A DNA stretch of 32,000 nucleotides from Trichodesmium erythraeum IMS101. Lineage in GTDB: Bacteria; Cyanobacteriota; Cyanobacteriia; Cyanobacteriales; Microcoleaceae. Position numbers and translations under genes: made by a program. The notes beneath the pieces are model-generated. The model worked only from the letters and a program-made list of their open reading frames with translations, had not been told where the DNA came from and made no database searches. Every line of letters begins with the position of its first letter. Within the stretch, counting starts at the first letter, position 1. Shown here in pieces: positions 20,040 to 31,425 of the stretch. The stretch lies in contig NC_008312.1 of assembly GCF_000014265.1 (NCBI RefSeq), forward strand, positions 600,001 to 632,000, in the 5' to 3' direction.

Positions 20040-20490
20040 CAAATTATCTGATGCAATGCAACACAAAAAGGTGTCAGTTATTGCACTGTTCAGAGGATGT
20101 GGAAATATGGAGAATTAAAATATCAACAACTTCCGTCGGGGACAATAATTATTGATACCTCTGATGTATTAGATGGTATTTCTTTTCCCCACGACGGTTT
20201 GATTTGTCAATTGAAATACAAATGCGAATTAAAGCTTCAAGGTGACCATCACTAGGAGAGTTAAACTACAAAAGTGTTCTTTTCTTTCTTAGGGATCATG
20301 AAAAACATGAGACCTATGTGGGTAGACAAGTCAAACGCAGTTTATTCAAATCATCCTAAGACATCAAATACAATTCAGATTTAAATAGTGCATTGAAAAT
20401 TTTACCCAAGGATGCGCTGGTAACTCCGTCTTTGATGGAAAGCTGGTCAAGAGGCTTGTAGTTATTTCTATAAGGTTCAAACCTGACAAA
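20040..20490 (+). pseudogene. tnpB: Second TnpB relic (C-terminal half, multiple stops and frameshifts), ending ~100 bp upstream of sqdB; may extend back to ~19850
   Basis: ISFPHDGLICQLKYKCELKLQG is followed, after frame changes, by KCSFL and HETYVGRQVKRSLFKSS*DIKYNSDLNSALKILPKDA. It is the same subfamily as the 8020-8757 relic. Confidence 0.6.
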
Positions 20491-20545
20491 GCTTGAGTAG
20501 ATTTATCGACAAAATTAGTAACTATCAAAAAGTGCTAATACCTGA

Positions 20546-21860
<1,315 letters not shown>

Positions 21861-22276
21861 ACAAATCTATCTTCAATAGGTTTATACTCAATTGTTTTAT
21901 TAGGGATGTTTTATGTAACGTCCCTATATATTAGTATTTGGAAATAGACAATAGAACAGAATCAAAATAACTGTACCTCAGTAACTTGGGAAACGCTATA
22001 TAATAATTGTTTTCATACTTGAACCTGAATTTTATAGCCATCTACTCATAGGTCGTAACAATAAAAAAAATAGAAATAAACTCCATAAATATTACCTATC
22101 ACCTAGAGTATTATCCCTTATTCCTAAAAAGTGGCAAGATTTTGGAAAACGTAAAAATAGACTTGCTATATCTACATTCACCACACTCTACTTAAACCTA
22201 TTGCTAAATCAAAAAATTAATGAATTAATATTTTTTATAGTATTTTTCCAGCCAATAAATTTATACTTATTAATCT

Positions 22277-23410
22277 ATGAAGATAGCTCTATTTACCGAA
22301 ACCTTTTTACCCAAAATAGATGGTATAGTTACGCGTCTATGTCATACTGTCGAGAATCTACAACGTTTTGGCGATCGAGTCCTAATATTTTCTCCCGCAG
22401 GAGGGCTAAAAGAATATCAGGGATCACCAATTTGTGGCATTGAAGGTTTTCCTCTACCCCTATACCCAGAATTAAAATTAGCTATACCAACTCCCACTAT
22501 TGGAGAAAAACTAGAACAGTTTCAGCCAGACATAATTCACGTTGCTAATCCTGCAGTATTAGGATTGGGTGGGTTATTCTATGCCAAAAAACTAAATATT
22601 CCACTTGTCGCATCGTACCATACCCACTTACCTCAATACTTACATCACTATGGTTTAGGAATGCTTGAAGGCTTACTTTGGGAATTACTTAAATCCGGTC
22701 ATAATCAAGCAGACCTCAATCTTTGTACCTCTACAGTAATGGTAGAAGAATTGAGAAACCATGGCATTGAGAGAGTAGATTTATGGCAGCGGGGAGTTGA
22801 TACAGAATTATTTCAGCCCCATTATGCAAATCTTGAAATGCGCAATTACCTTAGTCAAGGTAAACCTAATAATAAGATTATACTATATGTTGGGCGATTA
22901 GGGGTAGAAAAAGAAATTGATCGTATTAAACCAATCGTAGAAGCTATCCCCAATACTTGCATAGCTATTGTAGGTGATGGCCCTAACCGACAAAACCTAG
23001 AACAATATTTTGCTAACACCCCCACACATTTTGTAGGCTATTTGCGGGGCCAAAAACTTGCCTCTGCTTATGCTTCTGCCGATGCTTTCATATTTCCCTC
23101 TCGCACGGAAACTTTAGGATTGGTACTTTTAGAAGCAATGGCTGCAGGCACCCCAGTAGTGGCGGCCAATTCAGGAGGTATTCCTGATATTGTTACTAAT
23201 GGAATAAATGGTTATTTATTCGATCCAGATGATGAGAAAGGAGCCATTACAGCTACTCAAAAACTTTTTGCCCACTCAGAAGAACGAGAAACCTTGCGCA
23301 AAAATGCTAGAGCTGAAGCGGAACGTTGGGGATGGTCAGCAGCAACTCAGCAATTAAGAAACTATTATCAAAAAATTATCTCTGCCCATTCCATAGCATT
23401 AGCTGCATAA
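22277..23410 (+). CDS. sqdX: Sulfoquinovosyl-diacylglycerol synthase (GT4 glycosyltransferase)
   Basis: 377-aa ORF: MKIALFTETFLPKIDGIV N-terminus and a GT4 C-terminal EX7E-type region (PSRTETLGLVLLEAMAAGTPVVA). It is adjacent to sqdB. Confidence 0.85.
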   Translation: MKIALFTETFLPKIDGIVTRLCHTVENLQRFGDRVLIFSPAGGLKEYQGSPICGIEGFPLPLYPELKLAIPTPTIGEKLEQFQPDIIHVANPAVLGLGGLFYAKKLNIPLVASYHTHLPQYLHHYGLGMLEGLLWELLKSGHNQADLNLCTSTVMVEELRNHGIERVDLWQRGVDTELFQPHYANLEMRNYLSQGKPNNKIILYVGRLGVEKEIDRIKPIVEAIPNTCIAIVGDGPNRQNLEQYFANTPTHFVGYLRGQKLASAYASADAFIFPSRTETLGLVLLEAMAAGTPVVAANSGGIPDIVTNGINGYLFDPDDEKGAITATQKLFAHSEERETLRKNARAEAERWGWSAATQQLRNYYQKIISAHSIALAA

Positions 23411-23705
23411 TGGGACTTACACAACATTAGGCTTATAATGCTTGAAAGACAAGGATTATAGCTCAAGGACGTTTTGACTCTAGTGTGCAAGTATCTATAC
23501 TTTTATCCAGTCGGATAGGTTAATAAGAGGCTAACAAAGGCAATGCTCTAAGAAACCTTTGAATACCTTTACAGCAAAGAATGGGTGTTTTTCATAGAGT
23601 GATGTCTTTATATTTTTTTAGTTGCTTGACATTAAATATGAAGGTATTTGCCTATCAGAGAAGGGGTTTAGGCTAAATTTTTGCTGAAAATTGCTGTAAG
23701 CTCCA
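23411..23705 (+). mobile_element. 295-bp MITE: internal-deletion derivative of the 9721-11096 IS, inserted at the sqdX stop codon with a perfect 4-bp ATAA target duplication
   Basis: The left ~70 nt and right ~225 nt align by eye with the IS ends (tgggacttacacaac..attaggct.ataatg ; tagt.tgcaagt..tacttttatc ... tttgcct.tca.ag.a..gttt.ggcta.att ... ttg.t.taag.tcca). ATAA occurs at 23407-23410 and at 23706-23709. Confidence 0.7.
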
Positions 23706-23996
23706 ATAATAACATTACCTGGAGATTTTATAGATTTTTGTCTAAAATAGTTGGCAATATTTGAATTTATCCAGAAAAATCTTCAATCTTCTGAGAAAGT
23801 AGCCAAAATGATTTGGCCGTATCCACATTTTAAAAACATTTGTATTATGTTACTATACGATTAGTTATAGTTTGCTGCCTAGCTTTCTCTAGTTTACATA
23901 ATCAAGTTTTTTTGATCATTGAACTTTATACAGTACTATCAGGCCAGTATTGAAAAAGGGTTCAGCAATCACTAAGCATTAGACAAACCAGTCCAA

Positions 23997-26591
23997 ATGA
24001 AATTCTCGAACCCTGCTGGCAGTATTCTGGCAACATTGACTCAAGTTGAGCGTATGGGTCTACTTGTAACTCGTGTCAAGGATTTGCCGGTAGAACATTT
24101 TGTTTGTCTGCTGGACTTCATAACTGCAGAATTTTATCAGTATCTACAGGCTATAGACTTAATTAATAATGAAGGTATTGAAACTGTATTTGAACAACTA
24201 TTAAATGCTTTTACCTTAAAAATTGGCCAAGTCCTGAAAGCAGATCAAACAACTATTTTTCTGGTTAACCAGGAAAAAAAACAACTTTGGTACAAGAAAA
24301 TTTTAGAAAGTACAGGTAAATCTCAAGAGTATCACTTACCAATTAATGTTGGTATTTTAGGCCATGTGGCTACTACAGGAGAAGCACTTAATATTGCGGA
24401 TGCTAAGAGTCACCCACTCTTCAACGAAGAGGTAGACCAACCTCAAGGTTATGAGACTCGTACTATCCTCTGTATTCCAATTTTTAGTACTATTAATTTT
24501 CTCCAACCAGTGGCAGTGGTACGATTACTGAATAAAGTAAGTGATGTCCCTTTTGATGAAGAAGATGAAAAACTATTCCGGTCTTTTGCGGACTCAATGG
24601 GGATTATTCTTGAAAGTTGTCAATCTTTTTATGTTGCGGCTCGGAATCAGCAAGGAGTATCAGCATTACTGAACGCTACCACAACTTTAGGACAAAGTCT
24701 AGACTTGGAAACAACTTTAAGAGCTGTAATGGACCAAGCTCGTAATCTGATGCAAGCAGATCGTAGCACTTTGTTTCTACTTAGCAAAGAAACAAATGAA
24801 CTTTGGACTAAGGTAGCAACAGTAGATCAAACAAGAATGGTAGAAATTAGAATTCCGGCCCATCGTGGTATAGCTGGTTATGTTGCTTCTACTGGGCAAA
24901 CTTTGAATATTCCTGATGCTTATCTAGATCCTCGTTTTGACCCCAGTACAGACAAAAAAACAGGTTATCAAACAAGAAATGTTCTTTGTATGCCTGTGTA
25001 TAATGCTAAAGGTGAATTGATCGGAGTAACTCAGTTAATTAATAAAAATCAAGGTAGTTTTACTACTTCAGATGAACAATTTCTACTGGCTTTTAACGCT
25101 CAAGCAGGTATTGCTCTGCAAAATTCCCAGTTGTTTGAAAATGTTTTAGTCGAAAAACAATATCAGAAAGATATTCTACGAAGTTTGTCTGATGTTGTAA
25201 TTTCAACGGATATGCAAGGCCGAATTGTGACTATTAATGAAGCAGCTTTAGAAATGTTAGGATGTCCAATTAATCAAGAGGTAAAAGGTCAAACAAATAG
25301 AAAAGTTTGGGAGGAAAAACTTATTGGTAGATATCTATGGGAAGTCATACCAATTGAAAACTTGAGGTTCCGTTTAGAAGACAGTCTCGATCATGGTACT
25401 AGACAATATGTTCCAGAACAAAATTTACGAGTAGGGTTGTTTGTAGAAAAACAGGATCAATTTGAATCAACTTATATTTTAGCAATTCCAGATAATAAAA
25501 ATCCTAATATTTATTTGGCTTGGGGAGAAAAAATAGCAACAAATATTCAGACAAATCTCATGGATAATAATCACAAAAATCTTAGCAAATCCATAGATTC
25601 GTCAAAAATAGATAAAGTATTTGAACGGAGTCTAAATTTAACAATTAATCCCCTAACTAATCCTGAAGGTGGCGTGCGTGGTGGGTTGGTAGTTTTAGAA
25701 GATATTAGTCAAGAAAAGCGAATGAAAAATGCTATGTATCGCTATATGACTCCTGGGGTAGCAGAACAAGTAATGGCTTTAGGTGAAGATGCTTTACTTG
25801 AAGGAGAACGTAAAGAAGTTACTATTTTATTTTCTGATATTCGCGGTTATACAACTATTACAGAAAATTTAGAAGCCTCTGAAGTAGTTAAGCTTCTGAA
25901 TCAATATTTTGAGACAATGGTAGAGGCAGTATTTAACCATCAAGGAACTCTGGATAAATTTATTGGGGATGCTTTGATGGCGGTTTTTGGCGCACCATTA
26001 TCGATAGAAGATCATGCTTTAATGGCTGTAAAAACTGCTTTGGATATGCGTTACCGTCTCCGGGAATTTAATTTGTCTCGTCCTCATGAAACACAATTTA
26101 AAATTGGTGTTGGTATTAGTTCAGGAGGAGTGGTTTCTGGTAATATTGGTTCCCAAAAAAGAATGGATTATACAGTAATTGGTGATGGTGTAAATTTGAG
26201 TTCCCGTTTAGAAGCAATTACTAAACAATATGGCTGTGATATTATTTTGAGTGAGTTTACTTATCAACTTTGTAGTGATTATATTTTGGTCAGGGAGTTA
26301 GATAAAGTTAGGGTTAAAGGAAAACAAAAAGCGGTGAGTATATATGAACTAATTAGTGCTAGTTCGGAACCTATTACTCTGGAAACAGAAAAGTTTTTAG
26401 AACTTTATATTAAAGCTAGACAAGCTTATATGAAAAAGAAATTTTCTCAGGCACTAATGTATTTTGAGCTGGCGCAAAAAATTAGACCTGAAGATAAAGC
26501 TGTTGCTATACATATTGAGCGATCTCTTGATTATATAAAAATTCCACCACCTAATGATTGGGATGGTATTCATACTATAACAACTAAATAG
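23997..26591 (+). CDS. cyaB: Class III adenylate cyclase with tandem GAF domains, a PAS domain, a CHD catalytic domain and a short TPR-like tail (CyaB1/CyaB2 architecture)
   Basis: 864-aa ORF. Both GAFs have NKFDE-type motifs (LLNKVSDVPFDEEDE; LINKNQGSFTTSDEQ). CHD motifs are ILFSDIRGYT, DKFIGDALMAVFGAP and VIGDGVNLSSRLE. Confidence 0.9.
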   Translation: MKFSNPAGSILATLTQVERMGLLVTRVKDLPVEHFVCLLDFITAEFYQYLQAIDLINNEGIETVFEQLLNAFTLKIGQVLKADQTTIFLVNQEKKQLWYKKILESTGKSQEYHLPINVGILGHVATTGEALNIADAKSHPLFNEEVDQPQGYETRTILCIPIFSTINFLQPVAVVRLLNKVSDVPFDEEDEKLFRSFADSMGIILESCQSFYVAARNQQGVSALLNATTTLGQSLDLETTLRAVMDQARNLMQADRSTLFLLSKETNELWTKVATVDQTRMVEIRIPAHRGIAGYVASTGQTLNIPDAYLDPRFDPSTDKKTGYQTRNVLCMPVYNAKGELIGVTQLINKNQGSFTTSDEQFLLAFNAQAGIALQNSQLFENVLVEKQYQKDILRSLSDVVISTDMQGRIVTINEAALEMLGCPINQEVKGQTNRKVWEEKLIGRYLWEVIPIENLRFRLEDSLDHGTRQYVPEQNLRVGLFVEKQDQFESTYILAIPDNKNPNIYLAWGEKIATNIQTNLMDNNHKNLSKSIDSSKIDKVFERSLNLTINPLTNPEGGVRGGLVVLEDISQEKRMKNAMYRYMTPGVAEQVMALGEDALLEGERKEVTILFSDIRGYTTITENLEASEVVKLLNQYFETMVEAVFNHQGTLDKFIGDALMAVFGAPLSIEDHALMAVKTALDMRYRLREFNLSRPHETQFKIGVGISSGGVVSGNIGSQKRMDYTVIGDGVNLSSRLEAITKQYGCDIILSEFTYQLCSDYILVRELDKVRVKGKQKAVSIYELISASSEPITLETEKFLELYIKARQAYMKKKFSQALMYFELAQKIRPEDKAVAIHIERSLDYIKIPPPNDWDGIHTITTK

Positions 26592-26829
26592 ATATAGTTG
26601 CAAAGAGTAATACTTAATATATAATTTCTACCTTCTACCACATATATAAAATTTTAGTCTATTATAAGTTATGGGGCTTTTTATAATTAGTAAAGGAGAT
26701 AGAGAGAAACGCTATATACAAGGCCCCAAAGCTGGTGATTATTTTATTTGATATGGTTCATTGGACTGAAAACTGTTGTTAAAAATTATCTATTATCTAT
26801 TAGATGAGATTTACTGGCTTCAGTGTATT

Positions 26830-26899
26830 ATAGGAAACCGGGTTTGTAGCAGATAAATATCAGTATTGTAGCCTATCTAAATACAAACTCGGTTTCTAT
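26830..26899. repeat. Long imperfect hairpin (18-19-bp arms, 33-nt spacer) in the cyaB-pentapeptide intergenic region
   Basis: ataggaaaccgggtttgta (26830-26848) pairs with tacaaactcggtttctat (26882-26899), with one mismatch or indel. Confidence 0.6.
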
Positions 26900-27136
26900 G
26901 GTTTATTTGTACTTATTAGTTTGTTAGTTTTTCAATTTTCATGCTGATCGGTTAAAACTAAATTGAGAAGACAAGGGGAAAAAGTAGACATGGGGTAGAT
27001 TTTATATAGATTACTTATAAAGTCAATCTGGAGAGACCACTATGCTACCGATTTTGTTATATAACTATGAGATAATAAAAATAAATATTTTTATGTTGAC
27101 TAATAGTTGATAAGTGAATTACTTCAAATACTAAAG

Positions 27137-27862
27137 ATGAAACTACTAATATTGGCAATTATAATTATTGTCTCCCAAGGTGGTTGGATAAATTTAGCAA
27201 AGGCAGCCAACCCAGGAGCTATTAGAAGACTATTAGAGACTAATGAATGTTCAGGATGCGACCTTACTCAAGCGAACCTATCTAATGCTAACTTGATCGG
27301 AGCTGACTTAGAAGGTGCTAACCTCCGAGGAGCAAATTTGTCTGGCGCTAACCTAGGGGTAACAATTCTTTCTAATGCTAATCTTTCTAATGCTAACCTT
27401 TCTAGAGCAATAATGAATGATGCAGATCTTCGAGGTGCAAATTTAACAGATGCTTACTTAAGTAATGCTAATTTATCCAGAGCTTATCTCACAAAAGCCA
27501 ATTTAGAAAATGCTAATTTATTTGAAGCAAATTTGATTGAATCTCTTGCTAGTGGAGCTAATTTATCTAATGCAAATTTACGTCATTCATATTGGTTTCG
27601 AGCCAATTTAGAAAATGCTGATTTGAGAGAATCTGATCTTTTCAATGCTAATATGCATCAAGCAAATTTGAAGAATGCAGACTTCTCTAATGCTAACCTT
27701 ACTACAGCCAAATTGATGGAAACAAATATAACGCTTGCTAATCTAAGTGGAGCAACTTTAGAAGGGGTTAACCTTCGTGGTACAAGTATAGGTTCAAGTG
27801 TATGTTTAATTACCAATTATATAGGTTGTGCGCCACCAAAAGTAATTCCTGAAGTTAAATAA
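27137..27862 (+). CDS. Secreted pentapeptide-repeat protein
   Basis: MKLLILAIIIIVSQGGWINLAKA is a signal-peptide-like N-terminus, followed by ~35 A(D/N)Lxx pentapeptides. The track ORF starts at a TTG (27107); the ATG at 27137 is preferred. Confidence 0.85.
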   Translation: MKLLILAIIIIVSQGGWINLAKAANPGAIRRLLETNECSGCDLTQANLSNANLIGADLEGANLRGANLSGANLGVTILSNANLSNANLSRAIMNDADLRGANLTDAYLSNANLSRAYLTKANLENANLFEANLIESLASGANLSNANLRHSYWFRANLENADLRESDLFNANMHQANLKNADFSNANLTTAKLMETNITLANLSGATLEGVNLRGTSIGSSVCLITNYIGCAPPKVIPEVK

Positions 27863-28070
27863 AAAGTCTATAAATAGAATAAAATTTTGAGTAACCAGGT
27901 GTCGTCTCATATTCAGACAATTAATTATCAAGAAAATATTTTTGTAGCGACGTTTTATGAATCTTTCCTGATACCGCAGATTTCATATCAGTGAGGTACA
28001 GCTATCGTAGGCAAGATGCCTATGCTACAAAGGTTTTATTATTAATACTCGAATCTTAATTAAAGAAGCA

Positions 28071-28838
28071 ATGGAAACTGAAACTATCGTTTTATTATCG
28101 AAAAGAGAAATAGAAAAAATGCGTCAAGCAGGACGTTTGGCAGCAAGGTTGTTAAATCATCTTGAGCCTCTTGTCAAACCAGGAGTAACTACTTTGGAAT
28201 TAGATGAGGAAGCCGAACGTTGGACACAAGCTCATGGCGCCCGTAGTGCACCCCTTGGTTATCGTGGTTTTCCTAAGTCTATTTGTACTAGCATTAATGA
28301 AGTAATTTGTCACGGTATTCCTAGTGAAAAACAGGTCTTAAAAGAGGGCGATATTATTAATATTGATGTGACACCCATTCTTGATGGTTATCATGGAGAT
28401 ACTTCTAAAACTTTTTTCGTTGGTACACCTTCTCCACTGGCAAAAAAACTAGTTGAAGTGACGGAAAAATGTATGTATTTAGGTATTGCTGAAGTTAAGC
28501 CTGGAAATAAAATTGGGGATATTGGAGCTGCTATTCAAGAGTATGCTGAAGCACAAGGTTTTTCTGTGGTTAGAGATTTTGTAGGTCATGGTGTGAGTAA
28601 AATTTTTCATACTGCACCACAAATTCCTCATTATGGCACTAGGGGAAAAGGAAAAAAGTTACGAGCTGGAATGGTATTTACTATTGAACCGATGATTAAT
28701 GAAGGTACTTGGGAAGGTCTAGTACTTGAGGACGGTTGGACTGCTATTACTATAGATCGTAAGCTATCAGCACAATTTGAACATACTGTGGCGGTAACAG
28801 AAACAGGGGTAGAAATATTGACTCAGTATGAGGGGTAA
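28071..28838 (+). CDS. map: Type I methionine aminopeptidase
   Basis: 255-aa ORF with the metal-ligand context: ICHGIP, DIINIDV, GYHGDTSKTF, VGHGV, FTIEPM, QFEHTV. Confidence 0.9.
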   Translation: METETIVLLSKREIEKMRQAGRLAARLLNHLEPLVKPGVTTLELDEEAERWTQAHGARSAPLGYRGFPKSICTSINEVICHGIPSEKQVLKEGDIINIDVTPILDGYHGDTSKTFFVGTPSPLAKKLVEVTEKCMYLGIAEVKPGNKIGDIGAAIQEYAEAQGFSVVRDFVGHGVSKIFHTAPQIPHYGTRGKGKKLRAGMVFTIEPMINEGTWEGLVLEDGWTAITIDRKLSAQFEHTVAVTETGVEILTQYEG

Positions 28839-29225
28839 TTACTGAGGTCAAAAGTTGGATCAAAATTTACATCATTGTGTATAGATGTCTAATTTCTTAG
28901 AAGGAAATCAATATTGCACAAAAAAATGCCATTAAACCTGAAAAATTACAAATGTAAATGTTGGAATGGGTAGTTTTGAGGTGTCAGACAACTAAAGCTA
29001 TTTTTATCAGTGGCTTTAGTTGCAGGGAATTTAAGCCTGCTATTGAAGATGAATTACAGGCTGCAGTTAGTGTTTTTTTTATGAAACAGGGACTGATATG
29101 CGAAAGCTGATAGTATTATATCTGGGTGATTTTGGGCAGGTTTAGTGCAAGAGTTATTAGCTCTTGACTTGAAAGCTAAGAAACTTGGAGAATATGCTTG
29201 ATATTCACAAGAGTATATAAGTCTG

Positions 29226-29364
29226 ACGGGGTGACAAGCTAGTTGAAAGCTATATATAGAAATGGATTTGCCTTGGGGGGCTGAGGAATCATTCAATTAA
29301 AAGAAAACTATTATTGAGAAATGTTGGGGTGTAGTGGGAGGGCAGAGCCCTCCTAGTACACCCC
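29226..29364. repeat. Left copy of a 139-bp inverted repeat whose inner end forms a 15-17-bp hairpin (29326-29364)
   Basis: acggggtgacaagctagttgaaagctatatatagaaa...gagaaatgttggggtgtagtgggagggcagagccctcctagtacacccc. It is about 80% identical (manual alignment, no gaps) to the reverse complement of 30597-30735. Confidence 0.85.
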
Positions 29365-29779
29365 CCACTTTAAGTTGATTATTTATTCATTTTAAAAAAG
29401 TTGGAGATAGTTAAAAATATGATGAAAAAGGGTTATTAATTACAAATAAAAATCAATAAAAGTGAATATATTAGACTTTTATCAAGACCATATTAAGCTA
29501 AGATTGAGTCAATCTCAAGTAGTAACATTACAAATATTATTATAGTTAATATCAGTACATAAAAGTGTACAAATATAAAAATTAAGTAGTTATTTTCTCC
29601 TTCCAATAAAATTATAAAGTAAAGGAAAAAATATACAAATATTTTTAACTTTAAAATAGTTGAGACTGCATTAATTTTGGTTTTCTTTGGTAAAAAAACA
29701 ATTGAAATTTTATTTAGTTTTTCCTCAGATTTAGTATTAATTTTAGATAATACTTAGTGGCAAAATACTAATATATTAA

Positions 29780-30500
29780 TGATTAGTTAACGTTGGAAAA
29801 AGAGGGCTTTACCTATACATTAGAAAATTTTAACTTATAAAAAAGCTAGTAATTTAATCGAAGAAAAAGCAGTAATTCGTCTAGTTATAAGATTATTAAA
29901 AATCCAGAAAATTATTCTGACAGCAGATAGAGAGTTCTATAGTATTTTTATATCTCACTGGTTGAAAAAATATTAGAAGCAAGATGTATATTTTGTTTTG
30001 AGACCAAAAAAAATTGATGATGATTAAACGAGGTACAAAATATTGTCATCTCTCAGAATTAAAAGTAAATATCGGTGAAACTAAACGATTATTGAACTAT
30101 ATATTTCCCATGGAAAGATTAAAAAAATATATAGTCAGAGAATGGGAATTAAAGCAATGTTTAAAGACTATAAAACTGGTGGTTACAATTTAGAATCAGC
30201 CAAGGCTAATGAAACGAGATTGAGTAATTGAATTTTATTAATAGTTATTTCATACACACTTAGTTAATTTAAAGTTCAAAAAATTAAAAATAAAGGGGTT
30301 CAATAAGATATATCAATAACTAATGGAAAAAGTAGAAAATAAAGAAGACACAGTAGTTTTTTTTGTAGGATTATCTAGGATTTATTGGGCAATAAATGAT
30401 GATTTTATCTAGGAATTAGTAGAAAATTTGATAAGCCTTAATCCTCATTAATTACTATATTATCGAAGGGGAGTTAAAGGGATAAATATAGTGGTTAATT
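29780..30500 (+). pseudogene. IS4-family (ISY203-like) transposase relic with many stops, lying between the 139-bp inverted repeats
   Basis: IILTADREFYSIFISHWLKKY*KQDVYFVLRPKK.. ; MGIKAMFKDYKTGGYNLESAKANETRLSN*ILLIVISYT ; NKGVQ*..RRHSSF. These match conserved blocks of cyanobacterial IS4 transposases as I recall them (DREF..., GIE.MF.D.K.GGYNLE, LLIAIAYT). Confidence 0.6.
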
Positions 30501-30596
30501 AGACTGTAATTTTTAATTAACAATCAATTAATTCATGTGAGTTTTTTCATAATATTATTCTCTCATACAGCTTGAATAATGATTCAATACAGTTAA

Positions 30597-30735
30597 GGGG
30601 TGTAGTGCGAGCGCTCTGCCCTCGCATTGCACCCCAACATTTCTTAATAAGCGTTTTGTTTTTGTTGAAATATTCTTCAGTCCCCGAAGATAAATTCCTT
30701 TCTATATATAGCTTTCAATTAGCTTTTCACCCCGT
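30597..30735. repeat. Right copy of the 139-bp inverted repeat; the hairpin (30597-30635) is at its inner end
   Basis: ggggtgtagtgcgagcgctctgccctcgcattgcaccccaacatttcttaataag...tttctatatatagctttcaattagcttttcaccccgt. Confidence 0.85.
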
Positions 30736-31425
30736 AATATAAGTAATACTATATTCCCTAAAATAATGCGATCGCATATATGTCAAAAAAAAATTACTCA
30801 TGTATGTAATTGGGGATAGTTGCCTCAGCAAGGTCACAAAAACTATGGGAGGCATAATTCAAGGGCAGTTAAAAAGGCTTATATATGATCATCAAGTATA
30901 GCTGCTTTTCGGTTGTTCTTAAAGTATAAACTCCCATCCTATTAATGAAGCTACAAAATTATGGTTAATATTTAGTAGTATTAGGTTTTTGGGCTTTGCT
31001 GATGCTTGGGTATGATTTGTATTTTTGGTAATTGCTAAATTATTGAATAAAAAATATTTCAGATTGTTCAATTTTTATTATAATACAGCAAATTTCGAGC
31101 AAATGATGTACATGGTAAATGATAAAAACTATTTAGTGCGAACATCTTGCCCGTGTGGGTGTACCTCATTAGTAAAAGAAGGTGCTGTAAGACCTTGAGT
31201 AACAAAACTGTAATAATAAGCAACAATTATTAAGCGCATTGTTACAGAGAAATGGTATTAGTAAAAGCAGTAGAAGATGTCTTAAGAAATTTTGGTTCAA
31301 AATATACTATTAATTTTGCCTAAGTACTTAGTATCTAAGATTAAATTTATATAAAAATTAGGACAAACACAAATTTATATCTAGTATTTTTTAAAGAAAA
31401 AACTATTTTTTTGAGAAAATAAATT

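Noticed and set aside
29139-29249. CRISPR-like look of the outer part of the 139-bp arms: gtatataagtctgacggggtgacaagctaGTTGAAAG (and ..gctaATTGAAAG in the other arm) resembles cyanobacterial direct repeats ending in ATTGAAAG/GTTGAAAG. GAAAGCT also recurs at 29102, 29171 and 29245, roughly 70-74 bp apart.
   Set aside because: The putative upstream units match only in the last 7-8 nt (about 15 of 37 positions by my count). The would-be spacer after the best unit is itself conserved between the two arms, which a spacer would not be. There are no cas genes and no regular array. A decayed solo repeat cannot be excluded; a genome-wide search for an array with this repeat would settle it.
28839-29296. 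Minus-strand ORF 29054-29296 and the small hairpins at ~28989-29024 downstream of map
   Set aside because: The ORF overlaps the left inverted-repeat arm and has no homology or start signals. The hairpin (caactaaagc / gctttagttg) is short, lacks a U-tract, and lies 150 nt from the map stop. It is possibly just relic sequence.
31100-31330. Possible IS1/ISL3-like zinc-finger transposase remnant (..YLVRTSCPCGCTSLVKEGAVRP*..)
   Set aside because: Only a CxCGC..VK.G pattern over ~20 codons is followed by stops. That is too little to distinguish from chance.
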